Part shown: positions 23,613 through 33,442 of the stretch, piece by piece
Position numbering within the stretch: the first letter of the stretch is position 1
Layout of the letters: each line of letters opens with the position of its first letter
Assembly (NCBI GenBank): GCA_023381415.1
Contig: JAMCUN010000004.1
Span: 26-64,025 of the forward strand
Reading direction: 5' to 3'
Length of the DNA stretch: 64,000 nt
DNA from: Thermoplasmatota archaeon
Lineage (GTDB): Archaea > Thermoplasmatota > Thermoplasmata > Thermoplasmatales > GCA-001856825
The notes under the pieces: generated by a model
Seen by the model: the letters and a program-made list of their open reading frames with translations, nothing else
Told to the model about the DNA's origin: nothing
Databases searched by the model: none
Made by a program: the position numbers and the translations under genes

Positions 23613-24101
23613 TCACTCTTTGGACTTGAATATGCTCCTGCTGTAGACCACTCGCGTGAGGAGCCTTAATCCTTCAAACTTATCTTTCGTGAATGCCATG
23701 GAAAATCTCTGGATTCTCCCCAGCCTTACGCCTTCTGCCATAAGTGATTCCAGCTCATTCCCAACCCTAATCAGGTAGCTTGCTGTGACCTGCTTTGCCC
23801 GAAGGATCACATCCTCCGTATCTGTGCTTTCTATCTCTTTTGAAACTAGGGGGTTAAGGAACCCCGAATCTGGAGCGTTCTTCTTCTGAATTATCGAGGA
23901 GCCCAGATCTGAGAGATAACGGATCAGAATGACGTAAGTTTCCTTCCATTCATTGTCCAAAATCATTAGCTGTCCCAGGTCGGCTAGGATCATCTCGAAG
24001 TGTCTGAAGAATTCCCAAACCCCTGAATCGTAGTCTTCCATAGAGTTGGTTATCATGCATTTGAACTTCTGAAAATCTTGAAGATCATCCATTTTAATCA
24101 C
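23613..24101 (-). CDS. Hypothetical alpha-helical protein
   Basis: 162-aa ORF filling the gap; TATA-like element about 20-25 nt upstream; no motif recognised. Confidence 0.6.
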   Translation of the reverse strand: MIKMDDLQDFQKFKCMITNSMEDYDSGVWEFFRHFEMILADLGQLMILDNEWKETYVILIRYLSDLGSSIIQKKNAPDSGFLNPLVSKEIESTDTEDVILRAKQVTASYLIRVGNELESLMAEGVRLGRIQRFSMAFTKDKFEGLRLLTRVVYSRSIFKSKE

Positions 24102-24203
24102 GCTTAAATTGTGCAGATCATATATACTTATCGTACGTAATATTCATTATGCCAGATATGTTTGCAAAATGTTTTGAGATGGAATGGTAGTTCCATAAGA
24201 AGA

Positions 24204-26138
24204 TCAGCGTTTCTGGCCTGCTTGCTCCCCTTTGGTCACTCTCTCCCTTATCTTCTTAGAAAGAATCTCTGATATTTCCCTGCCCTCATACTGCCCTCTT
24301 ACCTGTTTCATGACCGATCCCATTAGGAGCTTGAACGAATCTTCACCCCTCTCCCTGATCAGTTCTTCATTGTCCTGTACGACTTTTTCCACGATGCCAA
24401 CCAATTCCCCGCTGCTATCGCTCTTCATCCTGTAACTTGTCCCTATCTCTTCCTTCCCATTCTCGTCCTGAATCCACAGGGAATATCCCCCGGGGGCATC
24501 ATTGGAGAGTATGATCTTCTTTCCCTTTGGAAGCACAAACTCCCTTTCCCTGTATAGAGGTTCCAGAGATTCTACCGGGATGTTCCCCTTTGAGAACCTT
24601 CCAGCGAGGAATCTGGCAGCATCTAGATCTGGAACCTCTGTGGAATAAACCACGGACAGGAATTTAGCACAAAGCTTCGGGTTTCCGTAATCTTTCACGA
24701 ATGATTCTAGCACATCATCATATTCCTTCCAGAGGGAGTTGAACGCTTCCTGCCTCGGAATGCCGAGTGATTCGAGATATGCGACCCTCTGTTCTACCGT
24801 CGGAGGGACCAGATTCTCCACCTCCTTCAGGTATTTGGAGTCAAGAGGAATTAGCGGTATGTCTGTTTCAGGATACATTCTTGAGCTACCGGGGAGTGGT
24901 CTCAGGAAACGTGTTCCATTATCTGTTGCACCTCTGGTCTCCGCAGGCACACCTTTCAAAGATTCCAGGACCCTCCCCTGAACGATCTCAATGCATTCCT
25001 CTATTCTTCCTGGTTCAAGGACAACCAACCCGAACGCATCATAATCCCCTCCCCCAAATTTTAGGGAAATCTCAGATTTGGCAATTTCGTCTATTCCGTA
25101 GTTAGGCAGCTCGTCAGAATGCACAAATCCCCCAATTCCAACAGCCCTGAGCCTTTCTGCTATCTCCCTTCCAAGCCTGAACTTTCCCCTGTTCAGGACT
25201 CCCGATAATCCCGGCAGGCTGAATCCATATACCTTCTTTCCGCTCTTTATTCCGCTGGCAAATAGGTCAGAATTCTTGAAGTAGGTTGAAGATGTAAGGT
25301 CCTCCAGTCTCAGGTTTGCTGATACGGCCCTCTTCCTGAGAATATCTGCTATTTCTAGCAACGATTCCTGCCTCTCTATCTCCTTTGCAAGGACCTTCTC
25401 AATCTGAGACAGCGACTGAACTCCCTTTATTTCAACCCTGTTTCCTCCTCTTATTGAGATGTTGAGGTCTTGTCTTATACTGCTTGCTTCCCTCCTTATC
25501 ATACCACTCTGTCTGACCGCAAGTCCTATGCTCTGCGCAATTTCCCTTGCCTCTTTCGGGGTGTGAATGTCGGGGTCAGTAGATATCTCTATCAGCGGTA
25601 TGCCCAACCTGTCCAGTGAATACACAACCCTGTTTCCTTCATCTCTAATCTTCTTGCAGGCCTCCTCCTCAAGCGTTATTGACGCAATACCTACCTTCTT
25701 AGAATCTGTCTTGAATATTCCGTGCAACCCGACTATTCCCGTCCTCTGAAACCCTGATGTATTTGATCCATCTATAACTATCTTCCTCATGAAATGAACG
25801 TTGTCCACGATCTTGCAGCCGAGTATCAGGGAAACGATGATTGCCGTTTCCAGTGTCTCCTTGCCAGGGGGATGCGGCGGCTCTTCATCCATCTCGACAA
25901 GGCAGGAATTCTCTGTCTTGACGTACTGGAATTCTTTCCCCTTCATGGATTCCTGTATAGCTGCGATGTCCTTTTCAGACTTTTCGCCGGAAACCACCGT
26001 TAGCCTCCTTGTGAAGGCTCCAAGTTCGCTTTTCCCCTCTTCCCCTTTGCATTCGCAAAACAGCTTCCTTCCGCTCACCTGGAAGTGGATTTCCAGTCCA
26101 ATCTTCACATCATTCTGTTCTTCTATCAGAAATCTCAC
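24204..26138 (-). CDS. gatE: Glu-tRNA(Gln) amidotransferase subunit E
   Basis: GLEIH, DGSNTSGFQRT, LDRLGIPLIEI, RMYPETD. Confidence 0.97.
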   Translation of the reverse strand: MRFLIEEQNDVKIGLEIHFQVSGRKLFCECKGEEGKSELGAFTRRLTVVSGEKSEKDIAAIQESMKGKEFQYVKTENSCLVEMDEEPPHPPGKETLETAIIVSLILGCKIVDNVHFMRKIVIDGSNTSGFQRTGIVGLHGIFKTDSKKVGIASITLEEEACKKIRDEGNRVVYSLDRLGIPLIEISTDPDIHTPKEAREIAQSIGLAVRQSGMIRREASSIRQDLNISIRGGNRVEIKGVQSLSQIEKVLAKEIERQESLLEIADILRKRAVSANLRLEDLTSSTYFKNSDLFASGIKSGKKVYGFSLPGLSGVLNRGKFRLGREIAERLRAVGIGGFVHSDELPNYGIDEIAKSEISLKFGGGDYDAFGLVVLEPGRIEECIEIVQGRVLESLKGVPAETRGATDNGTRFLRPLPGSSRMYPETDIPLIPLDSKYLKEVENLVPPTVEQRVAYLESLGIPRQEAFNSLWKEYDDVLESFVKDYGNPKLCAKFLSVVYSTEVPDLDAARFLAGRFSKGNIPVESLEPLYREREFVLPKGKKIILSNDAPGGYSLWIQDENGKEEIGTSYRMKSDSSGELVGIVEKVVQDNEELIRERGEDSFKLLMGSVMKQVRGQYEGREISEILSKKIRERVTKGEQAGQKR

Positions 26139-27339
26139 CCCTAATATTGGTGGTCATCAGCCTTTTTGTCTCGTCCAGGTCAAAATTGCCAAGCAGGAAA
26201 GATAGTTTGGTGTATGCAACTTCCGGTAGCATGTCATGCAATGGAATAACTCCGGCTTCCAGTAAGTTCCTACCCGTTGAATATACATCCAGGTTAACGC
26301 TTCCAAAGAGGCATTGCGTGGTGATGCCAATGATCTTGTCCTGGGAGACGTACTCCTTCACGAGAGGGACAAATCTGTTTGTCACGTGGCCCAGCCCAGT
26401 GCCAGCTATAATAAGGCCGTCGTTTGTGTCTGCAAATTTATGTAATAATTCCTCGTTCATTCCTGGATAGAAATAAACTAAGCCGACCCTTTCGCTAATA
26501 TTCTCGTAGATTTTCATAGGCCTGCTGTTTATCCTTTCGTAGTTCCTCCAGTGTATCTCGAGATTCTTGTCAACAGTTCCAATGGGTTCAGAATTGATGC
26601 TCTTAAACGCATCCCTCCTGGAGGAATGCATCTTTCTCAACCTGACTCCAGAGTGTATAGATAGTTCGTCATCGCTTATTGACGAATGCATTACGACGCA
26701 CACCTGCCCGACGTCAGACTGCGCTACCTTTACTGCCCCCTTCAGATTTAGGAAAGCATCGGAGGAGGGGCGATCAGGGGAGCGTTGGGAGGCGGTGAAG
26801 ACCACGGGTGCCTTCGGATTCTCGATGAGGAAAGAAATTGCAGAAGAGGTGAATGAAAGAGTATCTGTGCCGTGGGTTATCGTAACCCCTTCGCCCTGGC
26901 TTATCTTATCGTAGATCTTCTTTGCTATCCTGAGCCAGTCCCCTTTCTGCATATCTTCAGATAGTATGTTCATTACAATTTCAGCATCTATCGCAGCAAT
27001 TTTCGCCAGGTCCGGCTGTGCATAGAGCATTTCCTGTGATGTTCTCGCAGGTTTCACAGCACCAGTTTCATAATCCACGTAACTGGCGATAGTCCCTCCA
27101 GTTCCCAGTATGAAAACAGGTTTTCCTTTGCCCGCCGGGCCCTCTTTCAGGGGTCCTTTGGGAACGTGTTTGGACAGGAGCTGAATTGAAGAAATGCTGG
27201 AGTTATCGAGAGACAGGTTGTACCCGCTTTGGAGCTTGACAACAGTGATCCGGCTGTCCCTCGAGATGTACGTCCCTGAAAATGTTGATCCTTTCCATTT
27301 AATTTCGACCCTGTCCCCGGCTTCTAAGTCATCAGACAC
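26110..27339 (-). CDS. gatD: Glu-tRNA(Gln) amidotransferase subunit D
   Basis: TGGTIAS, HGTDT, SQRSPDRPSSD asparaginase-like motifs. Confidence 0.97.
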   Translation of the reverse strand: MSDDLEAGDRVEIKWKGSTFSGTYISRDSRITVVKLQSGYNLSLDNSSISSIQLLSKHVPKGPLKEGPAGKGKPVFILGTGGTIASYVDYETGAVKPARTSQEMLYAQPDLAKIAAIDAEIVMNILSEDMQKGDWLRIAKKIYDKISQGEGVTITHGTDTLSFTSSAISFLIENPKAPVVFTASQRSPDRPSSDAFLNLKGAVKVAQSDVGQVCVVMHSSISDDELSIHSGVRLRKMHSSRRDAFKSINSEPIGTVDKNLEIHWRNYERINSRPMKIYENISERVGLVYFYPGMNEELLHKFADTNDGLIIAGTGLGHVTNRFVPLVKEYVSQDKIIGITTQCLFGSVNLDVYSTGRNLLEAGVIPLHDMLPEVAYTKLSFLLGNFDLDETKRLMTTNIRGEISDRRTE

Positions 27340-27673
27340 ACTAAGGGATGTTTAATTCATAAAAAAACTTGCCGAGGTTTTAGGTGGAGGCAAAGGAAGG
27401 AAAACGCCAACGGATAAAGCGCAAAGATGCAGGATGATGCAGACGACAAGTGTTGATCTTGAAATGATTCAATGCGCTTTCGGAGATGAAGCACAGATAA
27501 GCAAATCTAAGAAGCACACGGCAGTTTCTTAAGGGGGGCCAAGAGCTGTTGGATGCAGGAGAAATATACAGCTGCACGGGCTAAAGGTAAGAAGATATGG
27601 TGGAAGAATTGGATCGTAACAAACCGATTCATGATCTTCGGAAATGGTTTAATCATTGAGTTGATTCAGTTCT

Positions 27674-28192
27674 ATGCGTCCTTTGCTGATTGGACGATTC
27701 CAGCCTTTTCATAACGGCCACATGTGGCTTGCCAGAAAGATAATAAACGAGTACGGATCATTGATTATTGGTATAGGGAGTGCCCAGGAATCCCATACTC
27801 TTGCGAACCCGTTCACGGCAGGTGAGAGGCAGTACATGATACAGAGGGCAATGGAGTCAAACTCAATCCACGATTATTACCTCGTCCCCATTGAAGACCT
27901 CTACAGGAACAGTCTTTGGGTAAGCCACATTCTCTCTTTAACACCTCCATTTGACATTGCAATATCGGGTAACCCTCTCGTCAAGAGGCTATTCCACGAA
28001 GCCGGCAAGAACGTGCTAGAACCGGAGATGAAATCCAGGGAATCGTATTCTGGAAGGGAGATAAGGAAGAAGATTATAGCAGGAGAGAAGTGGGATGATC
28101 TCGTACCTGACGCTGTCTACAAAACAATCATCGAGATAGACGGTGTGAGAAGACTTCAGGACCTATCAAAGACCGATGAGGTTAATAGGTGA
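27674..28192 (+). CDS. nadM: Nicotinamide-nucleotide adenylyltransferase
   Basis: GRFQPFHNGH, NPFTAGER, SGREIR. Confidence 0.95.
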   Translation: MRPLLIGRFQPFHNGHMWLARKIINEYGSLIIGIGSAQESHTLANPFTAGERQYMIQRAMESNSIHDYYLVPIEDLYRNSLWVSHILSLTPPFDIAISGNPLVKRLFHEAGKNVLEPEMKSRESYSGREIRKKIIAGEKWDDLVPDAVYKTIIEIDGVRRLQDLSKTDEVNR

Positions 28193-28209
28193 ATGAAAAT
28201 TAGGTCTGA

Positions 28210-28494
28210 ATGAAAGAGATGGAATTTGTGGTTGTAGACAAGGGAAAGGATTTCATAGTCTACGAGGTACTAAACAACGACAACACAATCCTTCGGCCAC
28301 TGATGGAAGAGATAGAAAACGACAGCATGGTTGAGAATGTGAGATACTACTTCGAGCATCCATATCTTTCCAATCCAAAGGTCCACATCAAGGTGAAACA
28401 GGGCAAGCCTCAGGCTGCTCTGAAGAGAAGCCTCAGAAGGATGGAAAAAATCTACGAGAACCTTTACGGGCAGTACAAGAAGTTAGATTCGTAG
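28210..28494 (+). CDS. rpoL: RNA polymerase subunit Rpo11 (L)
   Basis: Size, NT..L and EHP.LSNP motifs. Confidence 0.85.
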   Translation: MKEMEFVVVDKGKDFIVYEVLNNDNTILRPLMEEIENDSMVENVRYYFEHPYLSNPKVHIKVKQGKPQAALKRSLRRMEKIYENLYGQYKKLDS

Positions 28495-28636
28495 GTCTTT
28501 TCGCCCATAGCATCGTGTGAACTTATGGGCTGAGGATAGGGCACAGTTAGGGAACACATGATGAAGTATAAGGGAAACGACGAAAGACGTAATGTTCAAT
28601 GCAGAACGTGTCAGAACAACGTGAGGTGTGACTGAT

Positions 28637-29050
28637 ATGGGCAGGGGTCCCTCAAGGTTGACAGTGAAGTACGGTTACAGGACTCTTGGTTTGCTCATAT
28701 TCCTCCTGATTTTTTCGACATTCTTGCTCTACGAATATTTTGCTGGGAAGGAGAGAATGCCTCTGTTCCTGGCCCTGGCTGTAATATTCTACATTATAAC
28801 TTTGGTGCTGTTCGTCGGCTTCAGCTACACAGTAGTCACACGGATAGAGAAGAAATACTACAGGGTAGATGACCTTGTAGGGCAGACAGGAAAGGTGTTC
28901 AAAGGTGTGAAGGCAGGAGAGCGGGGGACGGTGAATGTTCGCAACGAGGATTGGACCTTCGTATGCGATTCAGACACATCAGATGAACAGATAGTAACTG
29001 TCAAAAGGGTCATGGAGGACAGGGTGACCCTTGTGGTTGAGGCTCAATAG
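28637..29050 (+). CDS. NfeD-like membrane protein with C-terminal OB fold
   Basis: Two TM helices then LVGQTGKV..G.V.V.NEDW; SD GAGGTG upstream. Confidence 0.8.
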   Translation: MGRGPSRLTVKYGYRTLGLLIFLLIFSTFLLYEYFAGKERMPLFLALAVIFYIITLVLFVGFSYTVVTRIEKKYYRVDDLVGQTGKVFKGVKAGERGTVNVRNEDWTFVCDSDTSDEQIVTVKRVMEDRVTLVVEAQ

Positions 29051-29192
29051 ATAAATGATGTAATAGGTCTCCTCACCGACAGATCCTGCTCCCTCTTGAA
29101 CAGGTAAGCGGAGATAAAAGCTCAACGATGCTAATTGTCTTGAAGAAATGAGCTTACATGAAAGTTTTTATCTGCATTACTGATAGGACTCC

Positions 29193-29936
29193 ATGTACCA
29201 CGCTGACCCCCAAATAGTGGAAATAGACAAGTTCACGCCTAACAACCCTCTTGTGATCCTCGGATTCGTTGAGTCGACTACCCTGGGGCTTCTGACCTCA
29301 TCCTACATAATTGAGCAGTTGCAGCTGCACCAGATAGCCCAGATAAAGAGCGTTCATATCCCGCCGGTGACTGTTTTTGTAGGGGGGAAGATGAGGACTC
29401 CGTTCAGGATATACGGCAACAAGGATGGAACTCTGATGGTCATCACGTGCGAAGTTCCAATTGACGACGAGGGGCTTTATGAAATATCTTCAGTACTAGT
29501 GAAATGGCTAGAGGGCATAAACCCAAGTCAGATCATAGTCATCGACGGGATACCAGCAAAAGGCCTTCTAGACAAGAGGACAGTTTATGCTGCTGCTGAA
29601 CCTGCTCTGATGAAGAGACTTGCCGGAATAGGTGTGGAAAGTGCAGGATCCGCGATCATATCGGGAATAGGGGGAGCTCTGATGAACGAGTCAATAGGAA
29701 AGAAGATCAGCTCGCTTTCCCTGATGACTGAGACATCAATCGACATACCAGACCCTGGGGCAGTTCTGTCAATTGTAGAAGTGCTGAACAAGGGATTTGG
29801 GCTAAAAATAGGGACGGACATCCTGGAGGAATCTGTTAAGAAACTTCACGAACAGGCAAATGACATAATAGAAAAATTCAATCAGATCCAGAAGGATAAG
29901 ACACAGAAATCGTCAGAACAATCAATGTTCGTCTAG
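29193..29936 (+). CDS. Proteasome assembly chaperone (PAC2) family protein
   Basis: GF...LG, PFRIY, ISGIGGAL, PDPGA motifs. Confidence 0.88.
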   Translation: MYHADPQIVEIDKFTPNNPLVILGFVESTTLGLLTSSYIIEQLQLHQIAQIKSVHIPPVTVFVGGKMRTPFRIYGNKDGTLMVITCEVPIDDEGLYEISSVLVKWLEGINPSQIIVIDGIPAKGLLDKRTVYAAAEPALMKRLAGIGVESAGSAIISGIGGALMNESIGKKISSLSLMTETSIDIPDPGAVLSIVEVLNKGFGLKIGTDILEESVKKLHEQANDIIEKFNQIQKDKTQKSSEQSMFV

Positions 29937-29978
29937 AGGGAAGAAACGTTCATCTTTAATCCAAAGGATTGATTCACG

Positions 29979-30455
29979 ATGGTGCTTAATGTATCCGTGA
30001 TAGGTGGGAGTGTTGTCCCTCCAGAGACCTGCGAAACTGCAAAGGAAGTCGGAAAGCTCCTTGCAAAGGCTGGAGCAACAGTTTTTTGCGGGGGGCTTAC
30101 CGGAGTGATGGAGTGTGTTGCTGAAGGGGTGAGGAGCCAAAATGGGCTCGTCATAGGAATTCTCCCGGGGAGCAGACCGGAGGAAGGTAACAGGTACCTG
30201 TCAGCTGCTGTTCCGACAGGTCTTGGATATGCCAGAAACTTCCTTGTGGTGCGGGCTGGCAAGGTTGTTATTGCCATAGATGGATCGACGGGAACAATCT
30301 CGGAAGCGTCATTTGCACTCGCAGAGGGAAAGGATGTAATAGCAATCGGAGGGATGGAGCTTACTCCAAAGAAGAAGACAGAAGGAAGATACATAAAGGC
30401 AAAGACACCCAAGGAAGCGGTCGAACTTGCAATCAAGCTTGCATCGGAAATCTAG
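29979..30455 (+). CDS. LOG/TIGR00725 family nucleotide-binding protein
   Basis: CGGLTGVME, IGILPG, TGLGYARN, GTISE. Confidence 0.9.
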   Translation: MVLNVSVIGGSVVPPETCETAKEVGKLLAKAGATVFCGGLTGVMECVAEGVRSQNGLVIGILPGSRPEEGNRYLSAAVPTGLGYARNFLVVRAGKVVIAIDGSTGTISEASFALAEGKDVIAIGGMELTPKKKTEGRYIKAKTPKEAVELAIKLASEI

Positions 30456-30529
30456 AGACGAAAAGAGGTTTTGTCAGCGCGTGAGAAGTAGTTCGTAAAT
30501 ATTTATTAATCCTTATTGACTGCTTGAGT

Positions 30530-31813
30530 ATGTCGCCAAATTCCTCCCTGAACGATGCCCTGTGGATTAGACAGAAAGCGGTTGAGCATACAGAACTTTT
30601 CAGAGATTCAATACCACTCATAGCGAGTGAAAACCTTATGAGCCCTCTCACGAAGGAGATGGTGATATCAGACTTCAACAACAGGTACGCAGAGGGTCTT
30701 CCAGGTCACAGGTACTACCAGGGAAACAAGATTGTGGATGAGATGGAGACCAGAGTGGAAGAACTAGTCAAGACGCTTTTCAGGGCAAAGCAGGCAGACG
30801 TAAGGCCGATTTCCGGTACCAATGCAAATCAGGCACTGGTATTCGCCTTCCTCCAACCAGGGGAAACCATACTGACCCCTAGCCTTGATTCTGGCGCGCA
30901 TATTTCTTCAGCACAATTTGGTGCTGTTGGTATGAGAGGATGTAGCATAAAGAACATGGCATTCAACACAGATCTGATGAAAGTGGACGTGGATGGAACC
31001 AGGAAGGCTATACTTGCTGAAAAACCAAAGGTAGTGCTGTTCGGCTTTTCAGTATTCCTATTTCCAGCACCAATCAAGGAACTAAAGGAGACGATAGACG
31101 AAGTTGGGGCAACAGTATGGTACGACGGTGCCCACGTTCTTGGGCTGATTGCTGGAAGAAGATTCCAGGATCCATTAAGGGAAGGGGCAGACGTCATCTC
31201 AGGAAGCACACACAAAACATTCCCTGGTCCCCAGCACGGTGTTATAGTGGGAAACACGGATGAAGAGAAGTGGAAGAAGGTCAGGAGGGGAGTGTTCCCT
31301 GGCGTGATATCCAACCACCACATAGGAGCTATGGCAGGTCTGGGAGTAACTGCCGCGGAGATGATAGAATTCGGAGAATCGTACGCATCAGCAATAATCC
31401 AGAATGCCAAGACGCTAGGGGGCGAACTTCACTCGAGGGGATTCAAAGTCCTGGCTGAAAAGAGCGGGTTCACAGAGAGCCATACACTGCTGATAGATGT
31501 CAAGAAGGAAGGAGGAGGCAGGCAGGTGGCAGAGGTTCTCGAAAGGAACAACATAATCCTGAACAAGAACATGATCCCGGGGGATGACAATACAAAGGCA
31601 CAGAATCCATCTGGTATCAGGATAGGAACACAGGAAGCAACCAGGATAGGAATGGGAAGGAGCGAAATGTCCCATATTGCCGACCTCATCCAAAGGGCGG
31701 TGAAGGGGGCTAACGTGAAGGACGAGGTGCTCGAGCTGAAGAGACAGTTCCAGGAAGTGAAGTATTGCTACGGTAAGGAGAGAGGATACGACTTCATAGA
31801 GCTCTACCGCTGA
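30530..31813 (+). CDS. glyA: Serine hydroxymethyltransferase
   Basis: LIASEN, YAEG, DGAH, STHKTFPGPQ (PLP Lys), SGIRIGT. Confidence 0.97.
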   Translation: MSPNSSLNDALWIRQKAVEHTELFRDSIPLIASENLMSPLTKEMVISDFNNRYAEGLPGHRYYQGNKIVDEMETRVEELVKTLFRAKQADVRPISGTNANQALVFAFLQPGETILTPSLDSGAHISSAQFGAVGMRGCSIKNMAFNTDLMKVDVDGTRKAILAEKPKVVLFGFSVFLFPAPIKELKETIDEVGATVWYDGAHVLGLIAGRRFQDPLREGADVISGSTHKTFPGPQHGVIVGNTDEEKWKKVRRGVFPGVISNHHIGAMAGLGVTAAEMIEFGESYASAIIQNAKTLGGELHSRGFKVLAEKSGFTESHTLLIDVKKEGGGRQVAEVLERNNIILNKNMIPGDDNTKAQNPSGIRIGTQEATRIGMGRSEMSHIADLIQRAVKGANVKDEVLELKRQFQEVKYCYGKERGYDFIELYR

Positions 31814-31867
31814 TTATAGCTGCAGAGACAAGGATAAATTAAATTAGTCCCCGATACTTGCTTCCCG

Positions 31868-32404
31868 ATGACGACTCTAAGTGACTCCTTTGAGTACATA
31901 ATGCGCAATTTCGAAAACCTGAGGGAAATAGACGAAGGGATCGTCGGCAAGGTAAGCAATGTACTTCTAGAATCCAGGAACATATTCGTTTACGGGGTTG
32001 GAAGATCAGGGATTGTCGGAAGGATGTTTGCAATGAGGCTCGTCCAGATGGGTCTCCAGGCTTACTTCGTAGGGGAAACAATTGCTCCTGTTGTCACTGA
32101 AAAAGATTCAGTAGTCCTCCTATCAGGAACAGGGGAGACACAGGGCGCTCTGCTAGTGGCCCAGATTTGCAGACGGGTCAATGCAAAGATAATATCAATA
32201 ACGTCATCCACTGACAACTCCATATACAAGGCCAGCGATCTCAAGATAGTCATAAGGACGAACAAGTCATCAGACCTTGCTCCTCTTGGCACACTTTTCG
32301 AAGCGTCCTGCCACGTGTTCCTGGACTCGCTCATTGCAGTACTAATGAAGGAGAAGGGGGAGAAGGAATCGGACCTCAGGAAGAGGCACGCTATCTGGCT
32401 ATAA
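31868..32404 (+). CDS. hxlB: 6-phospho-3-hexuloisomerase (SIS domain)
   Basis: GVGRSG, FAMRL, SGTGET, APLGTLFE, RHA. Confidence 0.88.
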   Translation: MTTLSDSFEYIMRNFENLREIDEGIVGKVSNVLLESRNIFVYGVGRSGIVGRMFAMRLVQMGLQAYFVGETIAPVVTEKDSVVLLSGTGETQGALLVAQICRRVNAKIISITSSTDNSIYKASDLKIVIRTNKSSDLAPLGTLFEASCHVFLDSLIAVLMKEKGEKESDLRKRHAIWL

Positions 32405-32437
32405 CAAAAATGAAATAAAGAGAATCTCTCCAGATTT

Positions 32438-33442
32438 ATGCTTAAAGACCTGTCCAGACTGGAATCAGTTGTTCAGGAAGTGATTACACCAGAGGAGCTT
32501 AGGGACCTCGAATCTGCCAAGGGATATTGCGGCTTCGAGCCGTCCGGTCCGATCCATCTGGGCACCGGCCTATTGTGGACAAACATAATGAACCTCGCAG
32601 CCGAGTCTGGGATAGAGATGACAGTTTTGCTTGCCGACTGGCACGCGGCAATAAACGACAAATTTGGAGGGGATTTGGAGAAGATAAGGAGGAATGCTGA
32701 ATACATGAAGGAGGGATTCCTTTCCCTCGGGCTCAATCACAGTGTTAAGTTCCTTTATGCCTCCGACCTGGTTGCAAGCTCAGATTACTGGGCCCTTCTC
32801 CTGAAGGTTGCGAAGGCACTAACAATTTCAAGGATTAAGAGGGCTCTCCCCATCCTAGGAAGAAGTGAGGAAGACGCAGATAAGGACTCCTCCAAGCTGA
32901 TATATCCGATGATGCAGGCAACAGATATCTTCTACATGGACCTCGACGTTGCATTCGGGGGCATGGACCAGAGGCATGTTCACATGCTTGCAAGGGATAT
33001 CCACAGGAAGGTTGGGAAGAAGGGCTTCGTTGCGATTCACAGCCCCCTTATTTCCTCGCTAAAGGGGGGTAACAGGATGGACCCAATGAACAAGATGAGC
33101 AAGAGCAAGGCTGATTCAGCAGTGTTCATCCACGATTCACCCGAAGAGATTTCAAGAAAGATCAGGTCGGCTTTCTGCCCGGAGAAAATTGTGGAAGGCA
33201 ACCCGATCCTGCAGATTTACAAGAACATAATTTTCAACTTCTACAACAACGGAATTGCAATAGGGGATAAGGAAGAGTATGGTGATTACAAGGACCTTGA
33301 AAGGGATTTCGTGGAAGGGAAGGTACATCCTTCTGCCCTAAAAGAGAGCCTGTCGCAAAAACTCGTTACAATACTGGAGCCATCTAGGAAGTACTTTGAG
33401 AGCGATCAGAGGAGGAAGGCCCTAATGGAGGAATTCAGATGA
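32438..33442 (+). CDS. tyrS: Tyrosine-tRNA ligase
   Basis: GFEPSG..HLG, YPMMQ..D, GGMDQR, KMSKS. Confidence 0.96.
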   Translation: MLKDLSRLESVVQEVITPEELRDLESAKGYCGFEPSGPIHLGTGLLWTNIMNLAAESGIEMTVLLADWHAAINDKFGGDLEKIRRNAEYMKEGFLSLGLNHSVKFLYASDLVASSDYWALLLKVAKALTISRIKRALPILGRSEEDADKDSSKLIYPMMQATDIFYMDLDVAFGGMDQRHVHMLARDIHRKVGKKGFVAIHSPLISSLKGGNRMDPMNKMSKSKADSAVFIHDSPEEISRKIRSAFCPEKIVEGNPILQIYKNIIFNFYNNGIAIGDKEEYGDYKDLERDFVEGKVHPSALKESLSQKLVTILEPSRKYFESDQRRKALMEEFR

